Position numbers and translations under genes: made by a program. A model generated the notes under the pieces. It was not told where the DNA came from, searched no databases, and was given only the letters and a program-made list of their open reading frames with translations. Positions 26,796 through 39,245 of a stretch of 64,000 nt of DNA are shown here, in pieces. Source of the stretch: Mobula hypostoma (taxonomy: Eukaryota); contig NC_086118.1 of assembly GCF_963921235.1 (NCBI RefSeq), positions 1,116,001 to 1,180,000 of the forward strand. The letters run 5' to 3'. The first letter of the stretch is position 1; every line of letters starts with the position of its first letter.

Positions 26796-27010
26796 CTCTG
26801 CAGGTTTAACTAATGTGGCAAAATTAAGGGCTATAACAATACTTGGTTTTACATGAGCAAATGCTAACATTTACAGCTGTCAAGAACAAGTATGAAGATA
26901 ACCAAGTATTGTGAAGACCTAACTAGCAAGAAACAATTTTCTTCACTTGAGGCACACAAATTAATGGGGAGAATTAACCTGCAGTCTTGCTTACTTGTGA
27001 CAAAACAAAG

Positions 27011-27865
27011 AACCATATAACCATATAACAAGTACAGCACGGAAACAGGCCATCTCGGCCCTTCTAGTCTGTGCCGAACTCTTACTCTCACCTAGTCCCA
27101 CCGACCTGCACTCAGCCCATAACCCTCCATTCCTTTCCTGTCCATATATCTATCCAATTTAACTTTAAATGACAACATCGAACCTGCCTCAACCACTTCT
27201 GCTGGAAGCTCGTTCCACACAGCTACCACTCTCTGAGTAAAGAAGTTCCCCCTCATGTTACCCCTAAACTTTTGCTCTTTAACTCTCATGTCCTCTTGTT
27301 TGAATCTCTCCTATTCTGAATGGAAAAAGCCTATCCACGTCAACTCTATCTATCCCCCTCATACTTTTAAATACCTCTATCAAGTCCTTCCTCAACCTTC
27401 TACGCTCCAAAGAATAAAGACCCAACTTGTTCAACCTTTCTCTGCAACTTGGGTGCTGAAATCCAGGTAACATTCTAGTAAATCTTCTCTGCACACTCTC
27501 TATTTTGTTGACATCTTTCCTATAATTCGGTGACCAGAACTGTACACAATACTCCAAATTTGGCCTTACCAATGCCGTGTACAATTTTAACATTACATCC
27601 CACCTCCTATACTCAATGCTCTGATTAATAAAGGCCAGCAAACCAAAAGCTTTCTTCACCACCCTGTCAACATGAGATTCCACCTTCAGGGAACTATGCA
27701 CCATTATTCCTAGATCCCTCCATTCTACTGCATTCTTCAATGCCCTACCATTTACCATGTATGTCCTATTTTGATTAGTCCTACCAAAATGTAGCACCCC
27801 ACATTTATCAGCATTAAACTCCATCTGCCATCTTTCAGCCCACTCTTCTAACTGGCCTAAATCTC
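27011..27865 (-). mobile_element. Relatively intact CR1-type LINE 3' fragment
   Basis: ORFs 27279..27968 and 27092..27289 (WQMEFNADKC, LEYCVQFWSP, RGNFFTQRVV); (TTATATGG)2 tail. Confidence 0.9.
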
Positions 27866-28422
27866 GGGGCGGCTGGAGACACTCGCTAAAAGAGAGAGCG
27901 CGTGGTCTCCAGAATGAAACAGACGCTGTATATGTTTGTATTTTTTTTAAATCAACAGTTTTCATCATACGATGTTACTGTGGAAGAGTGCACAGTAAAT
28001 GGTTAACTTTACTACGACTGTCTTATTGGCTCCGGTTTAACTTGGTGTTTAGTAAGAGTTTCAACGCACTGCACGAGAACACTACAGTACAGAACAATAG
28101 AACAAAGAACAACAAACAACACTATAGAACAATGGACAAAAGCAGCAAACCCAATACAAGCAGTTGAGAGTGTTTATATAGTGATTTCCTTCGGGAAAGA
28201 CTCTGTCTTGAGGATGTTCGGATTTGAGCTGCCACCTGTTCTGTGGTCTATAGGCAGCGCTAATGTTACTGACGGCTCAGCTACTCGGAGTGGATCTTTT
28301 ATATTTCCTCATTCAGAGTGGCCCCAAAGGAGATTCAGCAGAAGGCACTTAACAAGTACAAGTTAAATCATATTATAGTAACTTTGCCACTGATTTGTAT
28401 ATAGACAAGCAAGGCCACTTAC

Positions 28423-28577
28423 CAGATTCTGATCCACCTTCATCAACAACAAAGAAATCAATAACTCGAGAGGTGAAGTCAAATGCAATCTGCTTGGACC
28501 CATGTAAAACAGAAACACAGTGCCGGTCACCGTAGCTGGCACGAGGCATTCCTCCTTTGAAAATGACGAATGGAGCC
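28423..28577 (-). CDS. LLGL2: LLGL2 coding exon (~10), 155 nt: [51 protein letters not shown]
   Basis: ttttacag| acceptor, G|gtaagt donor; conserved Lgl motif. Confidence 0.95.
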
Positions 28578-29483
28578 CTGTAAAAAATATTTCCTCCTGC
28601 TCATGAATCTACTTCAGTGCTACATTAGAAGACAGCAGTGACCATGGCACAGACTTACTACAATGCATCTCACCCCACTACCACAAGCAATGTTCTGCTT
28701 AAAATATCTGTACTGTCACTGTCTGTTCAATCCCACACGCTTTTTACAAGGAACATTTTGTTTATTCTTCATTTTCCCAAAAACCTTAATATTGTCATCA
28801 AGTTTTGTCTCAGTACCTCTCTCAGTCATTCGACAGACTGCCGAAAAGCTGTTCGGGATATTCCTCTTAGGGAAAAAAGTATCATTCACAATTTTCAGGT
28901 ACTTCAGTAGGATCGAAAAATTCTGACCAGAACCTCCACAAAAGCCACCCTTACGTATTCATGTTACAAGCCACCAGGAGCATAGGACAAAGTGATTTTC
29001 ATACTTTCAGCAGGTACTGAGTTAAGTACCTCCAGCAGTTTGTAAATCTATCTGGCATTATTACTTTTCCATCCTGTCCTACTTTTTGATGATCTGAAAT
29101 CAAAGGAATTTGGAGGAAATGCTGGAAATTTGGTATGAAAATGTTGGAAGTGGCTATTATCTGATTTGTTAAACACTTACATTAAGGCCCAAAGGTTGTA
29201 ATGTGCCTTGCTGGATGATTGTGTGCTCTCATTGGGCTCAGTTCAAATAGTTTAGAACGGGCAGGCAGTGTGAAACTGACTGGGGCAAGTGACAACAATC
29301 AGAAGTATAGGGATTACATGAACAGAAATAATATTTAAAACAGCAACTTGCTCCATAAGAGGTGAAATACCACATCTAAGGTAGCACATTTAAATTACTG
29401 GTTCATGCAGGAAGTGCTGGGGGATCGAGATGGTGAGCAGACAGGAGATAGAAGCAGAGATTCTGTAGTTACACGGGATGCTA

Positions 29484-30739
29484 TGTTATATACCCCTAGG
29501 GTTCATATTTTCTGTGCACTGTCACTTTAAAATGTTGGGAGAATGAGACTGACTTTTGGACACTGTTTGGGGGGGGAGGGGGGAGGGAGATGGAGTTATT
29601 TGATGGAAAATAATGCTATGGTTTCTCTGCAGCTTGTTTTGAATATACAAGGACACACAGACACACACAGTTAGAGTCAAGATGGATTCGGTCAATGGAA
29701 GACACCAGTGAGTCGGTCGCTGGTTTAAACTTTCAGCAGCCCAGAAGGGGTGAGTTGAGATCGATCCTGAGTATTGATAAATGACTCTCACAAGTTTTCT
29801 GCACCTAGAACAAGTTTGTAGGAAGAGAAGAGAGGAGAGATAGGTTTGAAACAGAAGAAACCTAGTGACAAAGAGATCACTGTTTGGACTCTCTCTCTAA
29901 GTAGCCATGAGGGTGAGGTTGTTTCCATTCGACTACAGAAGTGTGATTGTCACATAGTTAATCCACAGCAGTGGGTTCTCTGGTGAGGGGGAAACCTTTG
30001 TGAATACCACTGGTGTATTTACCCTTTGTCTGGGTGTGGTAGTTCACTGAAGAAAGGCACCCCTGTGGCAAATCACTGTTGGAGCTATTTCATATGTTGT
30101 GGAACTGGATAAGTGGCTATCACGTTGTGTGTTTGGGGTATCCTTGTGGAATCTACCAGTGGGTCGACCCTTGTCTGGGTGGGGGTTCCCTTGAACAGGG
30201 TCCCCTTTGTGATAAGCTACTGTTGGTGATAATCCATACGTGGATTTTGTTTGAGTGTCCTGTGGCCACCACTTTGAAATGTCCCGTAGCTGAATTCGGG
30301 GGTGGTACCACTTGTGTTGAAAGGATATTCGTTGAAGATCACTGTTGTTGATATTTCGTGTGTGAAGTGGACAACTTCAGAGATAAAACCTACTACTATT
30401 GTTATCTTGTATTGCTGTCATGGAATCTGTGGAATATCGACGTAATTGCCTTCCCACAACATTCGCCTTTGGATTACAAACATCTCGCATTAATTAACCT
30501 GTGCATCTGAACTGAACCTTCGTAAGACTGCATCACTTACCACCAAAGCTTGAAGGAGTTTGGGTTTTATATTTCCACACCTATATATGCATAAACTCTG
30601 CTAACCTGTTTGATTTATCTGGTTTTATGTTACTTTATCATGTAGATACTAATAAAATACAATTAGTTAACAGCAAAAGCAGACTCCAGGTGTGTTGCAT
30701 TTCTGCCGGTTCTTTTAGCCCGTTACGGGGTACGCAACA
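29484..30739 (+). mobile_element. Solo LTR, 1256 bp
   Basis: TGTTATATACCCC ... GGGGTACGCAACA inverted termini (TG..CA); 5-bp TSD TGCTA; AATAAA at 30651. Confidence 0.85.
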
Positions 30740-30764
30740 TGCTATTTAATACTTGGTGATACAG

Positions 30765-31090
30765 CTAAGTGGGAGGTGGGGTGGAGGCATGTCTCTGCCA
30801 AAGGGTCGACTCCACCAGCCTGCAGGGTGTAGCATGCCCGGCTCAGGGTCACATGAAGCATGGGAGGTGGTGCTGGATGGTCCTATGAGCAGCTGGTTAT
30901 GTGATCACTGACACCAGGCAGACAATCTCTGAAGGAGTATTGTTAATGGCTGGGGTCACCTACTTGTAAAGACACTGGCCAGACAAGGCAATGGCAAACC
31001 ACTTCTGTAGAAAAATTTGTCAAGAACATTCATAGTCATGGATAGAAACCATGATTGATTGCCTACATCATATGACATAGCACGTAGTGG
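30765..31090 (+). mobile_element. Possible RTE/BovB-related short non-autonomous element
   Basis: Contains AAGGCAATGGCAAACCACTTCTGTA, resembling (from recall) the Bov-A/Sauria-SINE motif. Confidence 0.45.
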
Positions 31091-31099
31091 AAATGAGCT

Positions 31100-31362
31100 G
31101 AGTAGCCCCTTAGAGCCACAACACCCCAGCAATCTCGGACAAACCTGATTAACCCTAACCTAATCATGGGACAATTTACAATGACCAATGAACCTTCCCA
31201 GTACGTCTTTGACTGTGCGAGGAAACAGGAGGACTGGAGAAAACCCATGCATTCCACTGGGAGGATGTACAGAGACTTCTTATAGAATGGCACCAGAATT
31301 GAGCTCTGTAGGCCCTGGAGCTGTAATAGTGACACGCTAACCGCTACACTACAGTGGTGCCC
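31100..31362 (-). mobile_element. tRNA-derived SINE
   Basis: Minus strand GGGCACCACTGTAGTGTAGCGGTTAGC head; body similar to 7140-7327. Confidence 0.65.
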
Positions 31363-31659
31363 ATGGAATGGAGCAGGTATTGATAGAGTTTCAGAGAATC
31401 TGGTTGAGAGAGAGAAGAAGGGGGCGAGGAGTTCAGACTGGAGGACCTTCTCCACCTGCTTAAATTTTAAAACCGGTCCTCTTTATTTCCATTCCTGAAC
31501 AAAGGTCATTCACCCAAAAACCATCTTTCCAAAACCCATTCTGACAAATTATGCCAAGAGTTCAATTTTTTATTTATTTTAGGTTTCCAATGGGTGGAGT
31601 GGGGACAGGGAGGGAAGGAAGTAGTATATGTTGTTCGTCCATTGTTGATGTCGGTGAAG

Positions 31660-31760
31660 GTCCTGACGAAGGGTCTCGGCCCGAAATGTCGACTGTACCT
31701 CTTCCTAGAGATGCTGCCTGGCCTGCTGCATTCACCAGCAACTTTGATGTGTGTTGCTTG
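31660..31760 (+). mobile_element. Truncated Penelope-derived element starting at its hammerhead motif, inserted in the RTE 3' UTR
   Basis: GTCCTGACGAAGGGTCTCGGCCCGAAATGTCGACTG...GATGTGTGTTGCTTG. Confidence 0.8.
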
Positions 31761-34467
31761 CCACCATTAGACACTTTGAGACTGGATGCAGCGTGTCCGA
31801 AGATGACTGGTCAGGCCAATTTGGGCACAGAGTGTCCTGGCACACGTTGGGCAGACATGTGGAGGCACTGCAGTTGTTGCGTTGGTGGTTCTGGACTTGC
31901 TCATGTTGTGCTTCAGCAATGTGCCTTGCTTCGTAAGCTTGACAGCCCTTGTGGATGAGGCTGCGCCGGGTAGGGCGGTTTTGTGCCAGCATTTCCCAGG
32001 TGGTCATGTTTGTCTCAAGCAACTTCAGGGAGGCCTTTAGTGTGTCTTTGTAACGTTTCTTCTGCCCTCCATGCGAGTGTCTTCCAGCAGAGAGTTCCCC
32101 AAAATGTAGCTGCTTGGGTATGCGCTTGTCCGGCATGCGGATGACATGACCTGCCCACCGGGTCTGTGCTCTCATCAGCAGTGTGTGGACTGATGGTAGA
32201 CTTGCTCCAGAGAGAACTTCAGTGTCTGGTACTTTGTCTTGCCATCTGATGCCTAATATTCTGCGAAGACAAGTCATGTGGAAATGGTTGAGCTGTCTTG
32301 CATGCCTTCGATACACAGTCCACGTTTCACGGGCATACAAGAGGGTAGTGAGTACCACGGCTCTGTAGACCTTCAGTTTTGTTGCTAGGCTGATTCCTTG
32401 GCGTTCCCATACAGTGGAGCGCAGTCTACTGAAAGCAGAACTTGCCTTCGCTATTCTGCAGTTAACTGCTGTATCAATAGTCACTGCTTGGGAGAGGGTG
32501 CTGCCAAGGTAAGTAAACTGGTCAACTGCCTGCAGTTTCTGTCCTTTGATCTGTGTACGGTGCATGACTTCGGTCTTTTTGATGTTGATAGTGAGTCCGT
32601 GGAGAATTTGTCCATATTGACTTGCATCTCTGGCTCCGAGCCAGCATACAGGGTGCAGTCATCGGCAAAGAGGAAGTCTCTCAGAACAGTCTCCTTCACA
32701 TTAGTAATAGCTTGAAGTCCCCTCAGGTTGAAGAGCTTCCCATCCACTCTGTACTTGAGGATGATTCCAGCATCACTGTCCTGGAAGACATCATTCAGCA
32801 TGGCAGAAAACATCATGCTGAACAGTGTGGGTGCGAGCACACAGCCCTGTTTGACACCATTGGTGACTGGGAACGCCTTAGAGGGTTCTCCACCATCCAG
32901 CACTCTGGCCATCATGCCATCATGGAACTGGTGTACCATCTGAATGAATTTGGCGGGGCAGCCGAACTTTGACATGATCCTCCACAGGCCTTGTCAGCAG
33001 ACAGTGTTGAAGGCTTTCATGAGGTCAACAAAAGTTGTGTAGAGTTCGCGATTCTGCTCCTGACACTTCTCCTGAAGTTGGCGCGCAGCAGAAGTCATGT
33101 CAATAGTCCTACGACCTATGCTAAAGCCACACTGTCACTCTGGCAGCAGGCCCAGCTCCGGATGAGTGACCAAACGATTTAGAAGGACTCTTGCAAGGGT
33201 TTTTCCTGCGATGGAGAGCAGCGAGATTCCTCGGTGGTTTTCGCATACTTGTCGATTGCCCTTCCTCTTGTAGAGGTGTACGATGGATGCATCTTTCAGT
33301 TCCTGAGGAATGGATCCTTGCTTCCAAAAAGACTGGAACAACTTGGTGAGCTTCTCTATAAGTACAGGACCACTGTCTTTGTAGATCTCTGTAGGTATGG
33401 CGTCTGCCCCTGGGGCTTTGCCACTGGATAGCTGGCTGACAGCTCCGTGACTTCGGCTACTACCGGTGGGTCATCCATGGCGCTGCTGATGTCGACCTGG
33501 GAAATCCTGTCTATCGCCTCATCGTTAATAGATGACGGTCAGTTGAGGATGGCTTCGAAGTGTTCAGCCCATCTCTGCAGGATCTGAGCCTTCTCTGTAA
33601 TGAGAGCTGTACCATCTGTACTCAGGAGGGGGGAACTCCCGAGAGACTGAGGTCCGTACAGTGTGTTGAGGGCTTCATAGAATCGTCTCAAGTCGTCTCT
33701 GTCAACGTATCCCTATATTTCATCTGCCTTGGCGCTCAGCCAGGCATCTTGCGTTTTACACAGTTTATTCAGGACTGTCCTGCGAGCACTGGTAAAGGCG
33801 TTTTTCTTGGCAGCTGATGATGGGTCGTTCTGGGCAAGATGAAGACGGTGCTTTTCAACAAGTAGAGCCTGTATCTCCTCATCATTCTCATCAAACCAGT
33901 CATGCTGCTTGCGGGTAGAGAGCCCTAGCATCTTCAGTGCAGATGAATGGACAGCATCCCTGAAGTGATCCCAGTTGTCCAAAGTGCTGCCTGCAAGGTA
34001 TAGGTCAGCAAACTCGGTTTCTAAATCTTCAGCCAACGCTGAAGCAATGCTGGGGTTCTTCAGCCTGCCCACATTGATTCTTTTCATAGCCTTGCTTCCT
34101 TGTGGTCGCCTCTTGGGTCTGATACGAAGCTTCATTTTGGAGACAATGAGCCTGTGATCTGTCCAGCAGTCAGCGTCACACATGGCCTTGGTCACTCTGA
34201 CATCCTGCCTGTCTTTTCTCCTGACAATGACATAGTCAATAAGATGCCAATGCTCAGAGCGGGGGTGCATCCAGGAGGTCTTGTTACGAGTAGGCAGGCG
34301 GAAAGTTGTGTTGGTGATGAGCAGGTCGTATGCTGCACGGATCTTCAGTAAGAGTAGGCCGTTACTGTTACACTTGCCACTCCATGACTCCCAACGACTC
34401 CCTGCCAGTTGCCGAGTCACACCCTACTCTTGCATTGAAGTCGCCGAGCAAGATCAGCTTGTCGGTG

Positions 34468-35180
34468 TGATAAAGTTTAAGGAAATAAGGGATTCTCAGA
34501 TTCCTGTAAACAATGGATTAAGTACTATGTCTGTGACTGCAGTGTGTTTGAATAATGCCTCACAGCTGCCTTCTTTGGAGCAAGATAATTAAAGTCTGCC
34601 CAGATCCACACAAGATATCTCTGGGCTTTTCACACCTTTTGATTTTGACAAAAAGCAGTACCTAATGGAAATTAGACAGAACATTCCTTTCTTAATTAAA
34701 GCATAAATTTGACGGATGTTCTTATCTTTGTCATTAAGTTGTGGCTCCAGCAAACCAGGTAGGACATTCTTTTCTTTAATTAAGGTGGCTGGAGTGTCTA
34801 ACAAATTGATTGTCCTTTTGTATCAATAGTCCACTGACTTGACCAGAATGGTTATCAAACTGATTGTTCTCTGTATCAATAGTCCATTGACTTGACCGGA
34901 ACGGTTATCAAACTGATTGTTCTCTGTACCAATAGTCCATTGACTTGACCGGAATGGTTATCAAACTGATTGTTCTTTTGCATCGGTGGCCTTATAACTT
35001 CCGACAAATCTGACATCGGGCAGTGAACTTGTAGAACTACTGGGGAGATGAGAAAGGGTCTCTCCCTGATGTCGGGTCCGAGTTCACTCACCGGCTGAGC
35101 TCGAAGAAATAAACAGGTGAAAAGATAAGTAATGATCTTTTTATGCTGTCGTTATTTGATCCAGCAAAGTTACATTTACA
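34468..35180 (+). mobile_element. Solo LTR, 713 bp, inserted in the RTE endonuclease
   Basis: TG...CA ends; 4-bp TSD GGTG; AATAAA at 35108; removal restores DALLSAVSSTDKLILLGDFNARVG. Confidence 0.85.
34819..34977. repeat. 53-bp tandem repeat x3 within the solo LTR
   Basis: tgtatcaatagtcca(c/t)tgacttgacc(a/g)gaa(t/c)ggttatcaaactgattgttctc. Confidence 0.9.
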
Positions 35181-36465
35181 GGTGCTGCTCACTGCTGATA
35201 GCAGGGCGTCTAGTTCTTCTTTTGTCACGTCTGGGTTGGTTATTGTGGGGGCATAGGCACTGATCAGTGTGGCTTGACTTCTGTTCTGTAGCAGAAGCTG
35301 TAGTGTCATGAGCTGGTCATTCACACCCTTGGGGAGACTGGCAAGTTTCCGAACAAGGTGACTCCTGACGGCGAATCCAACTCCAGCATCATGACGCTCA
35401 TCGCTGCCACGATCGCTCCAGAAAAAGTGTATCTGCCTCCAGTTTTAGTCAGTTGACCCTATGCTGGCAAGACAAGTCTCACTCAGGGCTGCAATGACAA
35501 TGTTGTATCTTGCAAGCTCTCTGGCAACTAAGGTTGTTCTTCTCTCCGGTCTGTTTGCTGAAGGGTTGTTCAATAGCGTGTGAACGTTCCAAGTGCCAAT
35601 GGTGAGCAGTGTCACCTTGTGTTTTGTGTTTGTTTGACCGCCAAGGTAGGATCCCCACCAGCCGCGGTAAACTGGCCAGGGTGTAATGAAGCAGGCAATG
35701 TTTAGGGCACCTTTTCTAGCCCTTTCCTCATACTATGGAGGTAAGCAGAGCGTTCCTAAAGAGGGCTGCTCAGTCGCCCAGGTAGATGCTGAGTTTCACT
35801 GCTGCTTCGGTCAGCGAAAAACGACCATTAGACCTGAGCCATCTGCGTGCAGGTTCGCGACTACAACTCTCAGTGTATCCACACCTGCTGCTTCGTCCCT
35901 CGCCCATCGCCACAGGACTTCAAAGGTTAGAGGGTGGTGATGGTGTCGAGACAAGTGCTTGATTTGGATTTAAGTGAGGGAGAGTTGCGCAACGTCAGCC
36001 TCACTCTCTCTTCCCAATTCCCATCTGGACCCAGTGGCAAGACAAAAGTCAAGATGGCTGGAGATGGGACTAGACACAGTGGATGACCAGGATAACTTTT
36101 GTGTCTTGTTGTGCTCTACACGTTCCACAATGCTCGCAGAGACCGCCTTCTCCAGGGGTGTATGGGGTGTCAGGGAGGGGTAGCGCCTCTGGTGGGGTAA
36201 CATGTTGCATCCTTTTCAAGGCGGTTAGTCCACCTTTGGTCCCCACCTGACACTCAGCTCTCACCTGTGGCTCCCCATAGCTGTTTGCATGCGTCAGCGG
36301 CCACACCCCGGGCGACGGCTTCGACAAGCCGGCTAAACCAGGTGAGGGTAGCCGACGGGTCTCAACCCCTCGGTGAGATAGGGAGTTGTCTATCCCAGCA
36401 TGCGAAGGCAGACTCTGGTGGATTGAGCGGACGAGACCAACGGAAGGTCCAACAGAAGTAGTATA

Positions 36466-37785
36466 AGGTGGTAGGTGATAGGTGAAACCAGGAGAGGGGG
36501 AGGGGTGGTAGGGAGCTGGGAAGCTGATAGGTGAAAGTGGTAAAGAAGGGAAAAGGGTCTGGAGAAGGGGCAATGTGATAGCAGAGGGCAGAAGACCATG
36601 GAAGAAAGGGAAGGGGAAGGAGGTGACGGGCAGCTGAGATGAAATGAGGCGAGAGGGAAAATGAAGTGGGAAGGGTGAAGGGGGTGTGGGGGCAGGGGAG
36701 GGCAATTACCCAAAGTTCGAGAAATCAACGTTCATGCCATCTGGTTGGAGGCTGCCTAGACAGAATGCAAGGTGTTGTTCCTCCAACCTGAGTGTGGCCT
36801 CATTGTGGCAGTAGAGGCCATGGACTGGCATGTCAGAATGGGAATGGGATTGGGAAGTAGAATTGAAGTGGGTGGCCACCGGAAGATCCCGTTTTTTCAG
36901 GCAGATGGAATGTAGGTGCTCAGCGAAGTGGTCTTTCCTTCCTCCACCATCAATGCTGCCCTCACTCGCATCTCTTCCACTTTGTGCAAGTCTGCTCTCA
37001 TCCCATCTTCCCGCCACCCCACCAGGGATAGGGTTCCTCTTGTCCTCACCTACCACCCCAGTAGCCTCCAAGTACAGCACAATTCTCCATAACTTCTGCC
37101 ACCTCCAACAGGATCCCACCACCAAGCACATTTTTCCCTCGTCCCCCCTTCCCCCACACTTTCTGCAGGGATCGCTCCCTACATGACTCCCTTGTCCATT
37201 CGTCACTTCCCAACGATCTCCCTCTCCTGGTACTTGTGCTTACAAGCAGAACCAGTGACATATGGGCCTGTACACCACCTCCCTCACTACCGTTTAGGGC
37301 TCCAAACAGTCCTTCCAGGTGAGGTGACACTTCACCTGAGAGTCCATTGGGGCCATTGACTGTACCTGGTGCTCCGTGTGGTCTCCTGTATATCGGTGAG
37401 ACCTGATGTAGATTGGGAGAGCATTTTGCCAAGTACCTAGGCTCCGTCTGCCAGAAAAAACAGGATTTCCTAGTGGCCACCCACTTCAATTCTACTTCCC
37501 ATTACAACAAGTCAATCCGTGGCCTGATGAGGCCACATTCAGGTTGGAGGAGCAACATCTTATATTACGTCTGGGTAGTCTCCAACCTGATGGCATGAAC
37601 ATCGACTTCTCAAACTTCTGGTAATTTCCTCGCTCCTTGCATTCCCATTTCCCTCTCTCACACATCTCCTTATCCACCTACCACCTCCCTCTGGTGCTCC
37701 TCCCCTTCTCTTTCTTCCATGGTTTCTTACCCTCTATCAGATTCCCCCTTCTCCAGTCTTGTATCTCTTTCACCTATCAGCTTTC
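36466..37785. mobile_element. Penelope-like element with an inverted partial copy (minus arm to ~36930, plus arm ~36930-37785), GIY-YIG relic
   Basis: HFAEHLHSIC..PVATHFNS..LEEQHL..LQPDGMN on the minus strand and the same motifs on the plus strand at 37413-37620. Confidence 0.8.
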
Positions 37786-38769
37786 CAAGTACAGAATTGC
37801 CTAGGAGAAATTCTTTGGGAGTAGCGGTCGAAGGAAAAGCAAGTTTCTTTCACTTCTGTGGATTTTCTTTACCGTTGGCAGTTAGACTTTGGTTTTTTCC
37901 CCTTCACTTTCACCCTATAAACTGCTATCAACACTATGGTCAAGTGGGTCAATTTCCCTCGTCATGATTCCTACACATTTGGTGTGATGACAGAAACTTT
38001 GTGTAGGAAAAGAGTCGAGTACTTATACAGACTGACCTAGCGCCCGGGATGCATGAAAGACATGCACAAATATGTTGATGTAAATGTCGGGGACACTTAC
38101 ACAGGTCAACCTAACATCTGGGAAGCATGAACATTTTCTGAGGTAATATGAGAAAGAAAATTAGTAAACTATCCAATAACGAAAGGGTGTCAGACACTGG
38201 GCGATGGAACTAAATGCTAAAATTTGTTAAACCCTATAGGATGCTGTAGTGAAAACTGTCAAGTTGATAGAATACTGGTAAACATAGAGAACAAAATAAG
38301 GATAAAGTAAAAGATGGGGCAGGCGGTGTCTTTCCCTGATCCAGAAAGAGAAATCAGCGCATGAAAATAAAAGTAACACTGGGAAATCATACAAAGTCCT
38401 TAAAGCAGATATAAAAGTTGCAGGGCCAGCTTGCTGCACAGAGGAATATGTGCTTTTGGATCTGAAAGAGGGGGAGAAGATGAATATGGAATTACAGATT
38501 GGAATAAGTTAGCAGATGAGGTGACCAGATATGGTTGTGACGAAGAGCCCCCTCCTGAGGATTTCCTCCACTGATTTACAACCAAAAGGAGCCTGTGCTA
38601 CAGGCTGCACAATTGGCCCCCCTTACTTACCATCAGAGACGGAGAAGCCAGGGCAGGAAATCAAAACCGAAATATAACATGCACTACCCTGATCGGGGTA
38701 CAGTAGCTCAGGATATCTGGATACATGTACTAGTGGATGATTCTGGAGAGTTGTTCCAAGTCAATAGTT

Positions 38770-39245
38770 ACTATTGAGAGCACCCTGGCTGGCTGTGTCA
38801 CCACCCGGTAGGGAAATTGTTCTACCCTCAATCGCAGGCACTGCAGAGAGTGGTGTGGACAGCCCAGTGCATCTGTGGATGGGAACTCTCCTCTATTCAG
38901 GACATTTACATAAGCAGGTATGCAAAAAGGGCCTAGAGAACCATCAGGGGCTCCAGCCATCCCAACAACGAACTGCTTCAGCTGCTTCCGTCTGTCAAAC
39001 AGTACTGCAACAGGCTCCGGGACAGCTTCTTTCACCAGGCCAACAGATTTACCAACACTCATTTATCTGTTTGCATATCTGACTGTACATTGTATCTGAT
39101 TGTACACGCTTATACAAAACAATTATGTATACAATCTTGGTGTTTAGGCAATATCCTCCCACATTTCCCTTCCTTATTGCTTGTACATAGCAACGCAGAT
39201 GCAACATAAAGATTTTTACTCCCTCATGTTGTGAGATGGATGTCA
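38770..39245 (+). mobile_element. Rex1/Babar-type 3' fragment inserted in the ERV gag region
   Basis: IES.LAGCVT..GNC, ALQRVV.TAQ, LLQLLPS, LRDSFFHQA relics. Confidence 0.65.

Larger units (their letters stand above)
31629..36454 (-). mobile_element. Full-length decayed RTE-clade LINE (~4.0 kb after removing insertions)
   Basis: 11-bp TSD GAAGTAGTATA (31618-31628, 36455-36465); APE motifs TIGTWNV, LISAYAPT, LLGDFNARVG, LIDYVIV, WTDHRL; RT motifs GVKQGCVLAPTLF, LFADD. Confidence 0.92.

Noticed and set aside
34819-34977. CRISPR-like or iteron repeats
   Set aside because: Contiguous 53-bp tandem units inside a TSD-bounded LTR; no spacers.
35620-36454. HDV-like ribozyme in the RTE 5' region
   Set aside because: Known in some RTEs, but I could not identify the nested double pseudoknot by eye; it needs a motif search.
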